Assembly: GCA_002310215.1 (NCBI GenBank)
Contig: DBYR01000013.1
Span: forward strand, 147,137 to 211,136
DNA length: 64,000 nt
Reading direction: 5' to 3'
From: Bacteroidales bacterium UBA1181
Lineage (GTDB): Bacteria; Bacteroidota; Bacteroidia; Bacteroidales; Paludibacteraceae
Below the pieces are notes generated by a model, which was not told the DNA's origin, did not search any database, and worked only from the letters and a program-made list of their open reading frames with translations. Of this stretch, positions 55,147-63,557 are shown in pieces. Both the position numbers and the translations under genes were made by a program. Each line of letters begins with the position of its first letter. Position 1 is the first letter of the stretch.

Positions 55147-55868
55147 TTCTCTTCAATCGTTGATTCGACACTCGTATCCTTCGATTCGGCCGCACCTGAC
55201 AAGTATCGTTTATAATAGAATATCAAGATGACAAAAACGCTCACAGTGATGGCGGAGTCCGCGATGTTGAAAATCGGGGAGAAGAAGGTAGCGGAATCAC
55301 CGCCCAACCAAGGGACCCACTCCGGCCATGTGAAGGAGAAAAGCGGGAACTTCAGCATATCCACGACTCTTCCACAAAAGAGAGGGGCATACCCTCCGCT
55401 TTCGGGCATGAACTCGGCCACTTGCCCCACGCTCGAATTGAAGCAATAACCATAAAAGACACAATCGATGATATTGCCCGCCGCACCCGCGATGATAGCG
55501 GCGATGCTGAGCACATAGCCCAGTTTATAGCCCTTCTTTATCACATGGTGCAGGTAATAGCCCAATGCTCCCACCGCAATGATTCGAAATATGGTCAGGA
55601 TAAACTTGTTGTTTCCCTTGAAGAACTCCATCCCGAAGGCGATGCCGTTGTTCTCCTCAAAACGAATGAAGAACCAACTCGTCACCTCGACACTCTCATG
55701 CAGGTAGAAGTGCGTCTTCACATAAATCTTCACAATCTGGTCTATCAGCAGGATGCCGAAGATCAAGGCGGAAGCGTAGATGATTGTCTTTTTCTGATCT
55801 GGTTGCACAACTCTAAAATAAAAGCGATTCGAAGCTCCCCAAGGGAAAACATCGAACCGCAATTCCAC
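55143..55868 (-). CDS. lspA: Lipoprotein signal peptidase (signal peptidase II)
   Basis: 241 aa. DQIVKIYV, RFEENNGIAFGM and IFNIADSAI motifs. Confidence 0.88.
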   Translation of the reverse strand: MELRFDVFPWGASNRFYFRVVQPDQKKTIIYASALIFGILLIDQIVKIYVKTHFYLHESVEVTSWFFIRFEENNGIAFGMEFFKGNNKFILTIFRIIAVGALGYYLHHVIKKGYKLGYVLSIAAIIAGAAGNIIDCVFYGYCFNSSVGQVAEFMPESGGYAPLFCGRVVDMLKFPLFSFTWPEWVPWLGGDSATFFSPIFNIADSAITVSVFVILIFYYKRYLSGAAESKDTSVESTIEEK

Positions 55869-55875
55869 ATCTTTT

Positions 55876-56262
55876 TTATTTCACGCCACTGTTTTTAGCG
55901 TCAATGCATAACGTGGCATGAGGCACGGCGCGTAATCGTTCCTTGGGGATCAATTTGCCCGTTTCGCGGCAGATGCCGTATGTCTTGTTCTCGATGCGCA
56001 CCAATGCGGCCTGCAGATGCTGGATGAACTTCATCTGCCTTTGGGCCAGACGGCCAGCCTCTTCCTTGGTCATCGTCTCGGCACCCTCCTCCAACACTTT
56101 GAATGTCGGAGACGTGTCGCACACATCGTTTCCATCCATATTGGCCAAACTGGCCTTCAATAGTTCGTAATCTCTTTGGGCTGCGGCTAATTTCTCAAGT
56201 ATAAGCTCTTTGAATTCAGCAAGTTCCGCATCCGAATATCGTGTTTTCTCAGCCATATCCAT
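55876..56262 (-). CDS. DksA/TraR-family zinc-finger protein
   Basis: 128 aa. Coiled-coil N-terminus and YGICRETGKLIPKERLRAVPHATLCIDAK C-terminus. Its position upstream of lspA is typical of Bacteroidota. Confidence 0.8.
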   Translation of the reverse strand: MDMAEKTRYSDAELAEFKELILEKLAAAQRDYELLKASLANMDGNDVCDTSPTFKVLEEGAETMTKEEAGRLAQRQMKFIQHLQAALVRIENKTYGICRETGKLIPKERLRAVPHATLCIDAKNSGVK

Positions 56263-56431
56263 CAGATTTAAAAGTAAAACTTATTGTTTCTTTTTGCGAA
56301 AATAGATAAATGATGGGGATATGCAAAACTTTTCATACTTGAATTATTAACAACGATGATTTTATGACGCTAAAAAGGGGAACGATTACTCATTTCCCTC
56401 CTAAGAGACACATGGGATCGTGCCGCATGAT

Positions 56432-57157
56432 TCAGTCAAACACCTCCCGCAGGACATCCAACGTCTTCAGGTCCCTAAAATCCTGCAGGTGGATTCGGTA
56501 GTAACTAATGATTTGTTCCAGCAGTTCATTCCGCTCTCTTTGGGTGAAGCGGAAGCAGGAGAGGTTCCGGTAGTTCATCCTACAGAGCACACGTAGGAAC
56601 TGCGCCTCCCTGTCGCCGACGAACTCCTTGTGTTCCGGTCGCTGGTCGGTATATTCGCCTTGCCTAAGGTCGAAGAAACGGGCGTCAGACAAGTCACACA
56701 CATTGGGGCTGAAACCCATGAGGGATGCCAAGCGGACGAGGAAGGCGATGTGGAAATTGCATACGCCTCGTTCCAGACCGTTGAGGCATCGCACCGACTC
56801 CTGAAGGAATTGGAAGAGCAGTTTGTCCGACTCGTTGGTGCGCAACACGTTCGTCAGCATCTCCGCCAAAAAGAATAGGATGCTGCTTTTGTAGGGGTTG
56901 GATACAGCGTCGAGCAAGGGGTAGATGCATTTTATCTCTTTGATGACATTGAGGTCCTGTCCCTCCTTGACGGTCGCCTCCACCGACAACAAGGAGAGCG
57001 GATGAAGCAAAGAGTAGCCCTTCCCGCCCCGTTTGCTTCCCGCCCCATAAAGCAGGAACGAGGCACGCCCCATCTCCTCCGTATAAAGTGTCAGCAGGGC
57101 GGCATTGTCCCGTATCTTCTTATGGCTTAAAACGATAGCATCCGTCTTGACGAACAT
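56432..57157 (-). CDS. recO: DNA repair protein RecO
   Basis: Internal Met (MFVKTDAIVLSHKKIRDNAALLTLYTEEMGRASFLLYG) of ORF 56432..57226, with a RecO OB-fold N-terminus. Confidence 0.85.
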   Translation of the reverse strand: MFVKTDAIVLSHKKIRDNAALLTLYTEEMGRASFLLYGAGSKRGGKGYSLLHPLSLLSVEATVKEGQDLNVIKEIKCIYPLLDAVSNPYKSSILFFLAEMLTNVLRTNESDKLLFQFLQESVRCLNGLERGVCNFHIAFLVRLASLMGFSPNVCDLSDARFFDLRQGEYTDQRPEHKEFVGDREAQFLRVLCRMNYRNLSCFRFTQRERNELLEQIISYYRIHLQDFRDLKTLDVLREVFD

Positions 57158-57173
57158 GACCGTTCCTCCTATT

Positions 57174-57905
57174 CTATTGAACCACGGTGATATGGAAGCA
57201 GAACTGACCGTTCTCCTTGATGACAAGGAAGCGGTTCTCGTTTCTCATCTCGCTCACAGTCTTAGTAAGTATGTTCTGGATGTGTCTGTAGCTATAAGCC
57301 CGTCTGTTCGAGTTGCGGAGGAATTCCCAATAGGAGATGTCGAACGATGCGCCGTAGAGGTGGCTGGTAGTGTCCCTCGTGGCGTTTTTATTTCCCCTGC
57401 GCAGACGTTTCTGGCTCTCCTCCGTGCGCAAGGCGGAGGTCAGATACAACGAATAAGCCGGCTGTCTCCTCTCTTTCAACTTCTGTTGGAAACGCTCGCA
57501 CAGCTCATTGAGGACCTTAAACGCCTCAGGCGTCAGGTAAGGGTAGGAATATTTTGCCGTTTTCTTCACGTAGTAGGTGGAGTCCGGCACATAGACCAAA
57601 GCCCCGCATTCCACTAAGGAGTCCCTCTCGGCGAGGAAGTCCGCATTTTTCCTATAAGGAGGATAGAGCCCCATCTCCTTGCCAGCCGCGATGTGCATCT
57701 TATTCGGGTCGCGCAGGAAACGGCTTTTTTTCAAGGAATACATCTGGCTCCACCGTCTCTTGGGGCGGTTGCCCTTACCAGGTTCGTCCAGAGGTTTCTC
57801 CTCAGTAAGGTCGGTGTCTGCGGAGACATCTTCACCGAAGAAGTCGCACCCCCCCATGAGAAGGAGGCAAAACAAAAACACTAATATGTGACGAAACCTA
57901 ATCAT
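57174..57905 (-). CDS. Lipoprotein with a LAS/M15 (VanY-like) peptidase-type motif
   Basis: 243 aa. Lipobox LLLMGGC. LTSALRTEESQ...TSHLYGASFDIS resembles the SxHxxGxAxD zinc motif. Confidence 0.55.
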   Translation of the reverse strand: MIRFRHILVFLFCLLLMGGCDFFGEDVSADTDLTEEKPLDEPGKGNRPKRRWSQMYSLKKSRFLRDPNKMHIAAGKEMGLYPPYRKNADFLAERDSLVECGALVYVPDSTYYVKKTAKYSYPYLTPEAFKVLNELCERFQQKLKERRQPAYSLYLTSALRTEESQKRLRRGNKNATRDTTSHLYGASFDISYWEFLRNSNRRAYSYRHIQNILTKTVSEMRNENRFLVIKENGQFCFHITVVQ

Positions 57906-57907
57906 TC

Positions 57908-58300
57908 CTATTCTTTCCTGAACATTTTAGCTTGGTAGGAGGCTACCAACGCACCCTCCTCGTTCCTGATTTCCGCCATATAGATGGCGATGGTGCGTTT
58001 GAGGGAGATCTCCTTCGCCTCCACGGTGAGGACGCCAGAGGAGACCGCCTTTATGTAATCGATGTGTCCATCCAGCGAAACCGCCGTCTTCCCCCTCGAG
58101 TTCGCGGCGGCCGCCACGACGAAGTCCGCCAAAGTATAGAGGGCACCGCCCTGCACCGAGCCCACGCCGTTCAGATGGTGCTCTTTGATCTCCATCCGTC
58201 CGGTTGCGTGTCCCTCCTCCGCGCTCAACAACTCCACGCCGATGTATTGCACGAATTTATCGTTCTGAAGAGCGGCTAACGCTCCTTTCGTATAATCCAT
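57908..58300 (-). CDS. PaaI-family hotdog thioesterase
   Basis: 130 aa. HHLNGVGSVQGGALYTLADFVVAAA motif. Confidence 0.85.
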   Translation of the reverse strand: MDYTKGALAALQNDKFVQYIGVELLSAEEGHATGRMEIKEHHLNGVGSVQGGALYTLADFVVAAAANSRGKTAVSLDGHIDYIKAVSSGVLTVEAKEISLKRTIAIYMAEIRNEEGALVASYQAKMFRKE

Positions 58301-58309
58301 AAGTAATAT

Positions 58310-59443
58310 TTATTGTTGTGGCATCTCCTTCGAATAGCAACGGCGACGGATGTACGGCTCCTGCTCGTAATTGCGCCAGATGCGCACCGCATTGGTGTTG
58401 CTCTCCAACTGAGGGTTTGTGATTGCATATTTGAAGCCGTTGTCGATGTAGGCCTGCGTCATCTTCGTATAGTACAACGCATGGATGCCCCGTTTCTGCC
58501 AATCGGGATGTACCCCGTTCAGGTACAAGTCGATGGTGTCATTCTCGTGTAACGCCTTGAGAATATGATAGAAACCGAGCGGCAAAACCTTCCCTTTTGC
58601 TTTTTGGAACGCCTTGGAGAGCGTCGGCATGCTCACACCGAAGGCCACCACGTCGTCGTGTTCGTCCAGCACGAAGCACACATATTTAGGGTCGACAAAG
58701 CTAAAATAGGTCTTAATCAGCGAATCGATCTCCTTGTCCGAAAGCGTCGCGTAGCCATAGAGGTCCTTGAACGCCTCGTTCAGCACGTGGAACATAGCCT
58801 TCCCGTACTTTTTCAGGTCCTTCTTCTTGTCGAAGAAGACCGCCCTCACGTTGTAGCGTTGGGCGATACCTTCGCTGACGGCCTTCACCTTTTCGGGTAT
58901 CTCCGCCACCTTGATGCGGTACTGCACCCAGTCCTCGTCCTTGTTGAAGCCCAGTTGCTCCAGCATGGTCGGGTAGTAAGGGTAGTTGTATATGTTGGCG
59001 ATGGTAGGGAGCTTGTCGAATCCGTCGACCAGCAGGCCCTCCTTGTCCATGTCGTTAAAGCCGAGCGGACCTTGGATCACTTTCATACCCTTGGAGGCGC
59101 CCCATTCAATGACAGTGTCGATCAGCGCGCGGAGCACGTCGATGTCCTCGATGAAGTCCAGCCATCCGAAGCGGACCTTATCACCCCACTTCTCGTTGGC
59201 GACCTTGTTGATGATGCCAGCTACTCTACCAGCCAGCACACCATCCTTATAAGCCAACCAATATTCCGCCTCGCAGTGGTCAAACGCGGGGTTCACATCC
59301 TTCCTCAACACATTCATCTCGTCGAATTCCAACGGCGGGACCCAATAAGCATTGCCTTTATACAACTCTTCCGGGAAACGGATGAAGGTCTTCAGATCCT
59401 TCTTGTTCTCGACTTTTTTAATTTCAATCATTGACATAGACAT
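58310..59443 (-). CDS. Conserved protein, possibly GNAT-fold acyltransferase
   Basis: 377-aa ORF. The functional call comes only from memory of similar Bacteroidota N-termini (IEIKKVENKKDLKTFIRFPEELYKGNAYWVPPL). Confidence 0.5.
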   Translation of the reverse strand: MSMSMIEIKKVENKKDLKTFIRFPEELYKGNAYWVPPLEFDEMNVLRKDVNPAFDHCEAEYWLAYKDGVLAGRVAGIINKVANEKWGDKVRFGWLDFIEDIDVLRALIDTVIEWGASKGMKVIQGPLGFNDMDKEGLLVDGFDKLPTIANIYNYPYYPTMLEQLGFNKDEDWVQYRIKVAEIPEKVKAVSEGIAQRYNVRAVFFDKKKDLKKYGKAMFHVLNEAFKDLYGYATLSDKEIDSLIKTYFSFVDPKYVCFVLDEHDDVVAFGVSMPTLSKAFQKAKGKVLPLGFYHILKALHENDTIDLYLNGVHPDWQKRGIHALYYTKMTQAYIDNGFKYAITNPQLESNTNAVRIWRNYEQEPYIRRRCYSKEMPQQ

Positions 59444-59706
59444 ACGTTGACCTATTCACGTTCGCGAATTTACTCTTTTTTATTTTATATACAACCAATT
59501 CGACATAAAGCGGTAGAAGCGCAAGCATTATGCCCCGACGCCCACGAGAAACGCAAGGTTGCCGACAACCCAAGCGTACGATACGGCACAAACGAGGAGG
59601 CAACGCCAACGCGTGCGTAATCCATTCGAATCGGTCCCGAAGGGAAGTGCCACAATTATTATCAGAAAAAAAAATCATTATGTTTTTTTTAATCAGTGAA
59701 AATGAG

Positions 59707-59714
59707 TATATTTG
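59707..59714 (+). promoter_or_regulatory. Candidate -7 promoter box TATATTTG for the HU gene
   Basis: Exact TAnnTTTG match about 50 nt upstream of the ATG at 59763. Confidence 0.45.
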
Positions 59715-59762
59715 CAACCTGAAATTAAGATTAAGTACGTTATTATAAACAAAGTATTTGAG

Positions 59763-60065
59763 ATGACTAAAGCAGATATCGTTAACGAAATTTCAAGGAC
59801 AACAGGAATTGAAAGAGAAGATGTATTGAAAGTGGTAGAATCTTTCATGCGTGAGGTGAAGCGTTCTTTATCCAAGAGTGAGGATGTATATTTGAGGGGT
59901 TTCGGGTCTTTCATCGTAAAAGCGAGAGCAGAGAAGACCGCCAGAAACATTTCAAAGAAGACATCGATTATAATTCCTGCACACAATATTCCGGCATTCA
60001 AGCCAGCGAAGACCTTCATGAACGACGTGAAGAAGACAGAGGTAAAAGGTACGAAGAAGAAATAA
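59763..60065 (+). CDS. HU-family DNA-binding protein
   Basis: Internal Met MTKADIVNEISRTTGIEREDVLKVVESFM...LRGFGSFIVKARAEKTARN....IPAHNIPAFKPAK. This is canonical HU/IHF. Confidence 0.9.
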   Translation: MTKADIVNEISRTTGIEREDVLKVVESFMREVKRSLSKSEDVYLRGFGSFIVKARAEKTARNISKKTSIIIPAHNIPAFKPAKTFMNDVKKTEVKGTKKK

Positions 60066-60101
60066 TCAAATAGATATTAGTAATTTTTAAATTTAACGAT
60101 C

Positions 60102-60191
60102 ATGCCAAGCGGAAAGAAGAGAAAGAGACATAAAATGTCCACTCACAAGCGCAAAAAGAGACTGAAGAAGAATCGTCATAAGAAGAAATAA
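60102..60191 (+). CDS. 29-aa Lys/Arg-rich peptide, bS22-like (AURKAIP1/COX24-type) small ribosomal protein
   Basis: My own translation is MPSGKKRKRHKMSTHKRKKRLKKNRHKKK*. It is too short for the ORF track and is followed by a strong terminator. Confidence 0.7.
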   Translation: MPSGKKRKRHKMSTHKRKKRLKKNRHKKK

Positions 60192-60218
60192 CGGTCTTAG
60201 TTGCGAAAAGAGACGAAA

Positions 60219-60259
60219 GAACAAACTTAAGGCAAGTAACTTAAGTTTGTTCTTTTTTA
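60219..60259 (+). terminator. Rho-independent terminator
   Basis: gaacaaacttaag (60219-60231) pairs with cttaagtttgttc (60240-60252), followed by tttttt. Confidence 0.75.
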
Positions 60260-60279
60260 TGTTTTAAAAAATTTAAGTT

Positions 60280-61878
60280 ATGAGTAGCGAATTAGTTATT
60301 GACGTTCAAGCGTCGGAAATATCCATCGCCCAACTAGACGACAAGAAGTTGGTTGAGGTGAACAAGGATAGACGGGACAGCAAATTCTCCGTCGGCGACA
60401 TATACCTCGCCAAGGTGAAGAAGCTGATGCCAGGACTCAATGCGGCATTCGTTGACGTGGGCTACGAGAAGGGCGCCTTCCTGCATTACCAAGACTTAGG
60501 ACCACACTTCCTGACGTTGAATTCGTTCATGAAGGATGCCCTGAGCGGGAAGAAGAAGGGTCTCACCCTCTCTCGCTATCAGATCCAGAAGGAAATCCAG
60601 AAAGGCGGGAAAATCACGGACCTGCTCACCCAAGGGCAGGAGGTACTCGTGCAAATCGCCAAGGAGCCAATCTCCACCAAAGGTCCGAGACTGACGGCGG
60701 AGATATCCATCGCAGGAAGATTTCTGGTGCTTATCCCGGGGGCGGACAAGGTGTTCGTTTCCCAGAAAATCAAATCGAACGAAGAACGGAACCGTATCAA
60801 ACAGATTGTCAGGAGCGTGAAGCCCAAGAACTTCGGCGTCATCGTGCGCACCGTGGCGGAAGGCAAGTCTGTGGAAGACGTGAACGCGGAGATTCAGACG
60901 CTCGTGCAACGTTGGGAGGCCAGCGTGGCAAAGATGAGCAGCGAGGGTAAACTGCCTAAGCTGATTTATGAGGAGTTCGGACGCACCGTCTCCATCCTCC
61001 GCGACATCTTCAACCCTTCGTTCGAAAACATCTACGTGAACGACAAGGTTGTCTACAACGAGGTGCTGGAGTATGTGGGCGAAATCGCGCCAGAGAAGAG
61101 GAACATCGTCAAATTGTACACGGACGACACCCCTATTTTCGACCATTTCTCCGTCACGAAGCAACTGAAGTCGCTTTTCGGTAGAATCGTCTCCTTCAAA
61201 AACGGGGCTTACCTCATCATCGAGAAGACGGAAGCGATGCACGTCGTGGACGTCAACAGCGGCAACAAATCGAAGGCCGGGAACGACCAGGAAGCGAACG
61301 CCATCGAGGTGAATCTCGCGGCTGCCGACGAATTGGCCAGACAGCTGAGGCTGCGCGACTTGGGAGGTATCATCGTGGTCGACTTCATCGACATGACCAA
61401 GGCGGAGAACCGTCAAGCCCTTTACGACAGAATGAAGGCGAATATGCAGAATGACCGCGCAAGACATAACATCTTGCAACTCAGCAAGTTCGGTCTAATG
61501 CAAATTACACGTCAACGTGTGCGTCCTGAGATGCACATCGACACGGAGGAGGTTTGTCCGACGTGCATGGGAAAAGGAGTTTCCCAACCCTCTATCTTAT
61601 TTGTGGACACACTGGAAAGTAAGATAGATTATCTTGTAAACATCTTGCATGTCAAGAGTTTCAAGCTTTACGTCCACCCTTACGTGGCGGCTTACATCAA
61701 CAAAGGCCTTCCGTTCTTCACGCTGAAGTCCAAATGGAGCAGGAAGTACCATTGCTCCTTCAAGTTGATTCCGTCACAAAACTTCGCGTTCCTTCAGTAC
61801 CGTTTTTACGACGGGAAAGGCAACGAGGTGGACCTGACAGAGGAGTCTGAAACGATTCACGAGAACGAAGAGGCTTGA
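60280..61878 (+). CDS. rng: Ribonuclease G/E family endoribonuclease
   Basis: 532 aa. S1-domain motif GDIYLAKVKKLMPGLNAAFVDVG and catalytic region HVVDVNSG...IIVVDFIDM. Confidence 0.9.
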   Translation: MSSELVIDVQASEISIAQLDDKKLVEVNKDRRDSKFSVGDIYLAKVKKLMPGLNAAFVDVGYEKGAFLHYQDLGPHFLTLNSFMKDALSGKKKGLTLSRYQIQKEIQKGGKITDLLTQGQEVLVQIAKEPISTKGPRLTAEISIAGRFLVLIPGADKVFVSQKIKSNEERNRIKQIVRSVKPKNFGVIVRTVAEGKSVEDVNAEIQTLVQRWEASVAKMSSEGKLPKLIYEEFGRTVSILRDIFNPSFENIYVNDKVVYNEVLEYVGEIAPEKRNIVKLYTDDTPIFDHFSVTKQLKSLFGRIVSFKNGAYLIIEKTEAMHVVDVNSGNKSKAGNDQEANAIEVNLAAADELARQLRLRDLGGIIVVDFIDMTKAENRQALYDRMKANMQNDRARHNILQLSKFGLMQITRQRVRPEMHIDTEEVCPTCMGKGVSQPSILFVDTLESKIDYLVNILHVKSFKLYVHPYVAAYINKGLPFFTLKSKWSRKYHCSFKLIPSQNFAFLQYRFYDGKGNEVDLTEESETIHENEEA

Positions 61879-61913
61879 CCCCCGCCTCGTAGTCGCAGCT
61901 CTGAAAGAACATC

Positions 61914-61953
61914 GGGCGGCGCCCTCACATCCGTGATGGCGCCGCCCTTTTTA
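61914..61953 (+). terminator. Rho-independent terminator after rng
   Basis: gggcggcgcc (61914-61923) pairs with ggcgccgccc (61938-61947), followed by ttttt. Confidence 0.75.
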
Positions 61954-62004
61954 TTGTCACATGGTGCGATCCGTCATCTGACCGATCACACATGGCTTCG
62001 TCCG

Positions 62005-62502
62005 TTATTTTTTGTCGGTTCCGCCTTCTGACCTTATGTTGAACAGTATAGGTAGCGTATAGGTTGAGCTCACGTCTTTCCCCCGCATTTGTGCCGGAAT
62101 CCAATTAGGCATATTCTTCACCACCCTGATGGCCTCTTCGTCCAGTAGGGGATCGGCACTTCTTATTACCTTAATGTCATCGATGGAACCATCCTTCTTT
62201 ATTGTGAACTTCACGAATACCCTGCCTACGATTGATTTAGCCAAGGCTTGCTCCGGGTATTTTATGTTTTCCTTGAGATATTCCATTAGCTTTTTATGAC
62301 CTCCAGGAAACTCGGCCTTCTTCTCGACTACCACATGAACTTGATTACTCTCTTCTTCATCCTCTTCCTCATCCATAATCTGTCGGGGTTCCGCTATCTT
62401 AATCTTCGTCTGGACAGGTGGGGCAATTTCCTTTTCCTGGTCGGCCGAGTACACTAAGAGTGGCCCTGCCATAAATGATAAAAGCAACAATTTCTTTTTC
62501 AT
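62005..62502 (-). CDS. TonB C-terminal-domain protein with a signal peptide
   Basis: 165 aa. EFPGGHKKLMEYLKENIKYPEQALAKSIVGRVFVKFTIKKDGSIDD...MPNWIPAQMRGK. It is a paralog of 49493..49981. Confidence 0.8.
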   Translation of the reverse strand: MKKKLLLLSFMAGPLLVYSADQEKEIAPPVQTKIKIAEPRQIMDEEEDEEESNQVHVVVEKKAEFPGGHKKLMEYLKENIKYPEQALAKSIVGRVFVKFTIKKDGSIDDIKVIRSADPLLDEEAIRVVKNMPNWIPAQMRGKDVSSTYTLPILFNIRSEGGTDKK

Positions 62503-62576
62503 GATGCATTCAAATTATATTTTCAACAAATGTTCGGATTCCCCGCCAGCATGAGGAAAGAGCGTAGTACGCCTAA

Positions 62577-63074
62577 TTATTCCTTGATGCTAACGGAAAG
62601 GGGGCATTGGACTTCTTTTTCCATCGCCTGAGACAAATATAGTATATATTTATTCTTTCCGGATAATATGGATGCATATTTTCTCCGCAGCGCCCCCCGA
62701 TTCATTCCGTCATATTCCCATCGTGCCACATTGTTTTCAATATATTCCGCGATACGGTTCATTTCCTCTTGATCACGAATGATACGGTCATGGAACCGTG
62801 CCTGCCAGGCGAATGGGAGGTTGTTTCTGCGCGCATAGACGGTGGTCCCGATTTTTATTCCCCGCACAATAGATGACAGGTTTTTGGATTGAGGGGAAAG
62901 ACCGTTTTGCGCAAATTCATAACGAACCGCATTTCCGCAGGTAGAGACGCAATGCTTTGCGTCTTTGCATGGGGAGACGCAATGCATTGCGTCTCTACGG
63001 TGTACCGGAACCGCATTGTATTCATTATTACCAATGAATATAATCAAATGCACATGATTCGGCATAATTACCAA
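62577..63074 (-). mobile_element. N-terminally truncated IS200/RAYT-like Y1 (HUH) transposase gene
   Basis: The ORF begins right at the HUH motif (MVIMPNHVHLII). The C-terminal catalytic region is present (RIAEYIENNVARW). The roughly 60-80 aa that normally precede HUH are absent and are replaced by an AT-rich gene in another frame. Confidence 0.7.
62945..62995. repeat. Two adjacent REP-like palindromic hairpins inside the Y1 transposase ORF
   Basis: AGACGCAATGCTTTGCGTCT (62945-62964, one mismatch) and the perfect 22-bp palindrome GAGACGCAATGCATTGCGTCTC (62974-62995). Confidence 0.7.
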
Positions 63075-63520
63075 TCATCTTCATCTTCTTGCTCGTTTTC
63101 CTTGATATCAGAATAGCTTTCCGAATAGCCATCATTATAACCATCTGAATAACCTTCTTGGTATTTTGTTTCAAAATAGTCGTGATAGCGATTAGAATCA
63201 TCATAACCATATCCGTGAGTATATCCATGCCTTCCATCATATTCCCCTTGCTCATATCCCTCATCATACCCTTCGCTATAGGCATCAGGGGTAGCTTTTC
63301 TTGTTACTACTTTTTCCCTAGGTTCAGCATGGAGTATATCATAGATATCTTTGTGTTCTGTGGATATTATATCAAATGCATTAGATGATGAAGATCCAAA
63401 ATAAGTTGGCGTAGTGGTCTGAGTAGTACTCTTGGAAGTATGATTATTATAAATAATAATGGAAACGCCTACTAAAATTATACATAGGATTCCACATCCA
63501 CAACCATTATCGTTATTCAT
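63068..63520 (-). CDS. Hypothetical membrane-anchored protein with a Tyr/Asp/Gly-rich repetitive tail
   Basis: 150 aa. N-terminal anchor CGILCIILVGVSIIIY, GY(D/S)xGY repeats and an acidic C-terminus. The DNA is AT-rich. Confidence 0.5.
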   Translation of the reverse strand: MNNDNGCGCGILCIILVGVSIIIYNNHTSKSTTQTTTPTYFGSSSSNAFDIISTEHKDIYDILHAEPREKVVTRKATPDAYSEGYDEGYEQGEYDGRHGYTHGYGYDDSNRYHDYFETKYQEGYSDGYNDGYSESYSDIKENEQEDEDDW

Positions 63521-63557
63521 AAATTTTTAATTTGTCAAAACGAAGTTTAAATTCTTT

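Noticed and set aside
59620-59650. GGTCCCGAAGGGAAGTGCC resembles the SRP (4.5S) RNA domain IV motif GGUCCGGAAGGAAGCAGCC
   Set aside because: The loop is not a GNRA tetraloop. The sequence 3' of it is AT-rich and cannot form the required returning strand. No SRP-like helix can be drawn on either strand.
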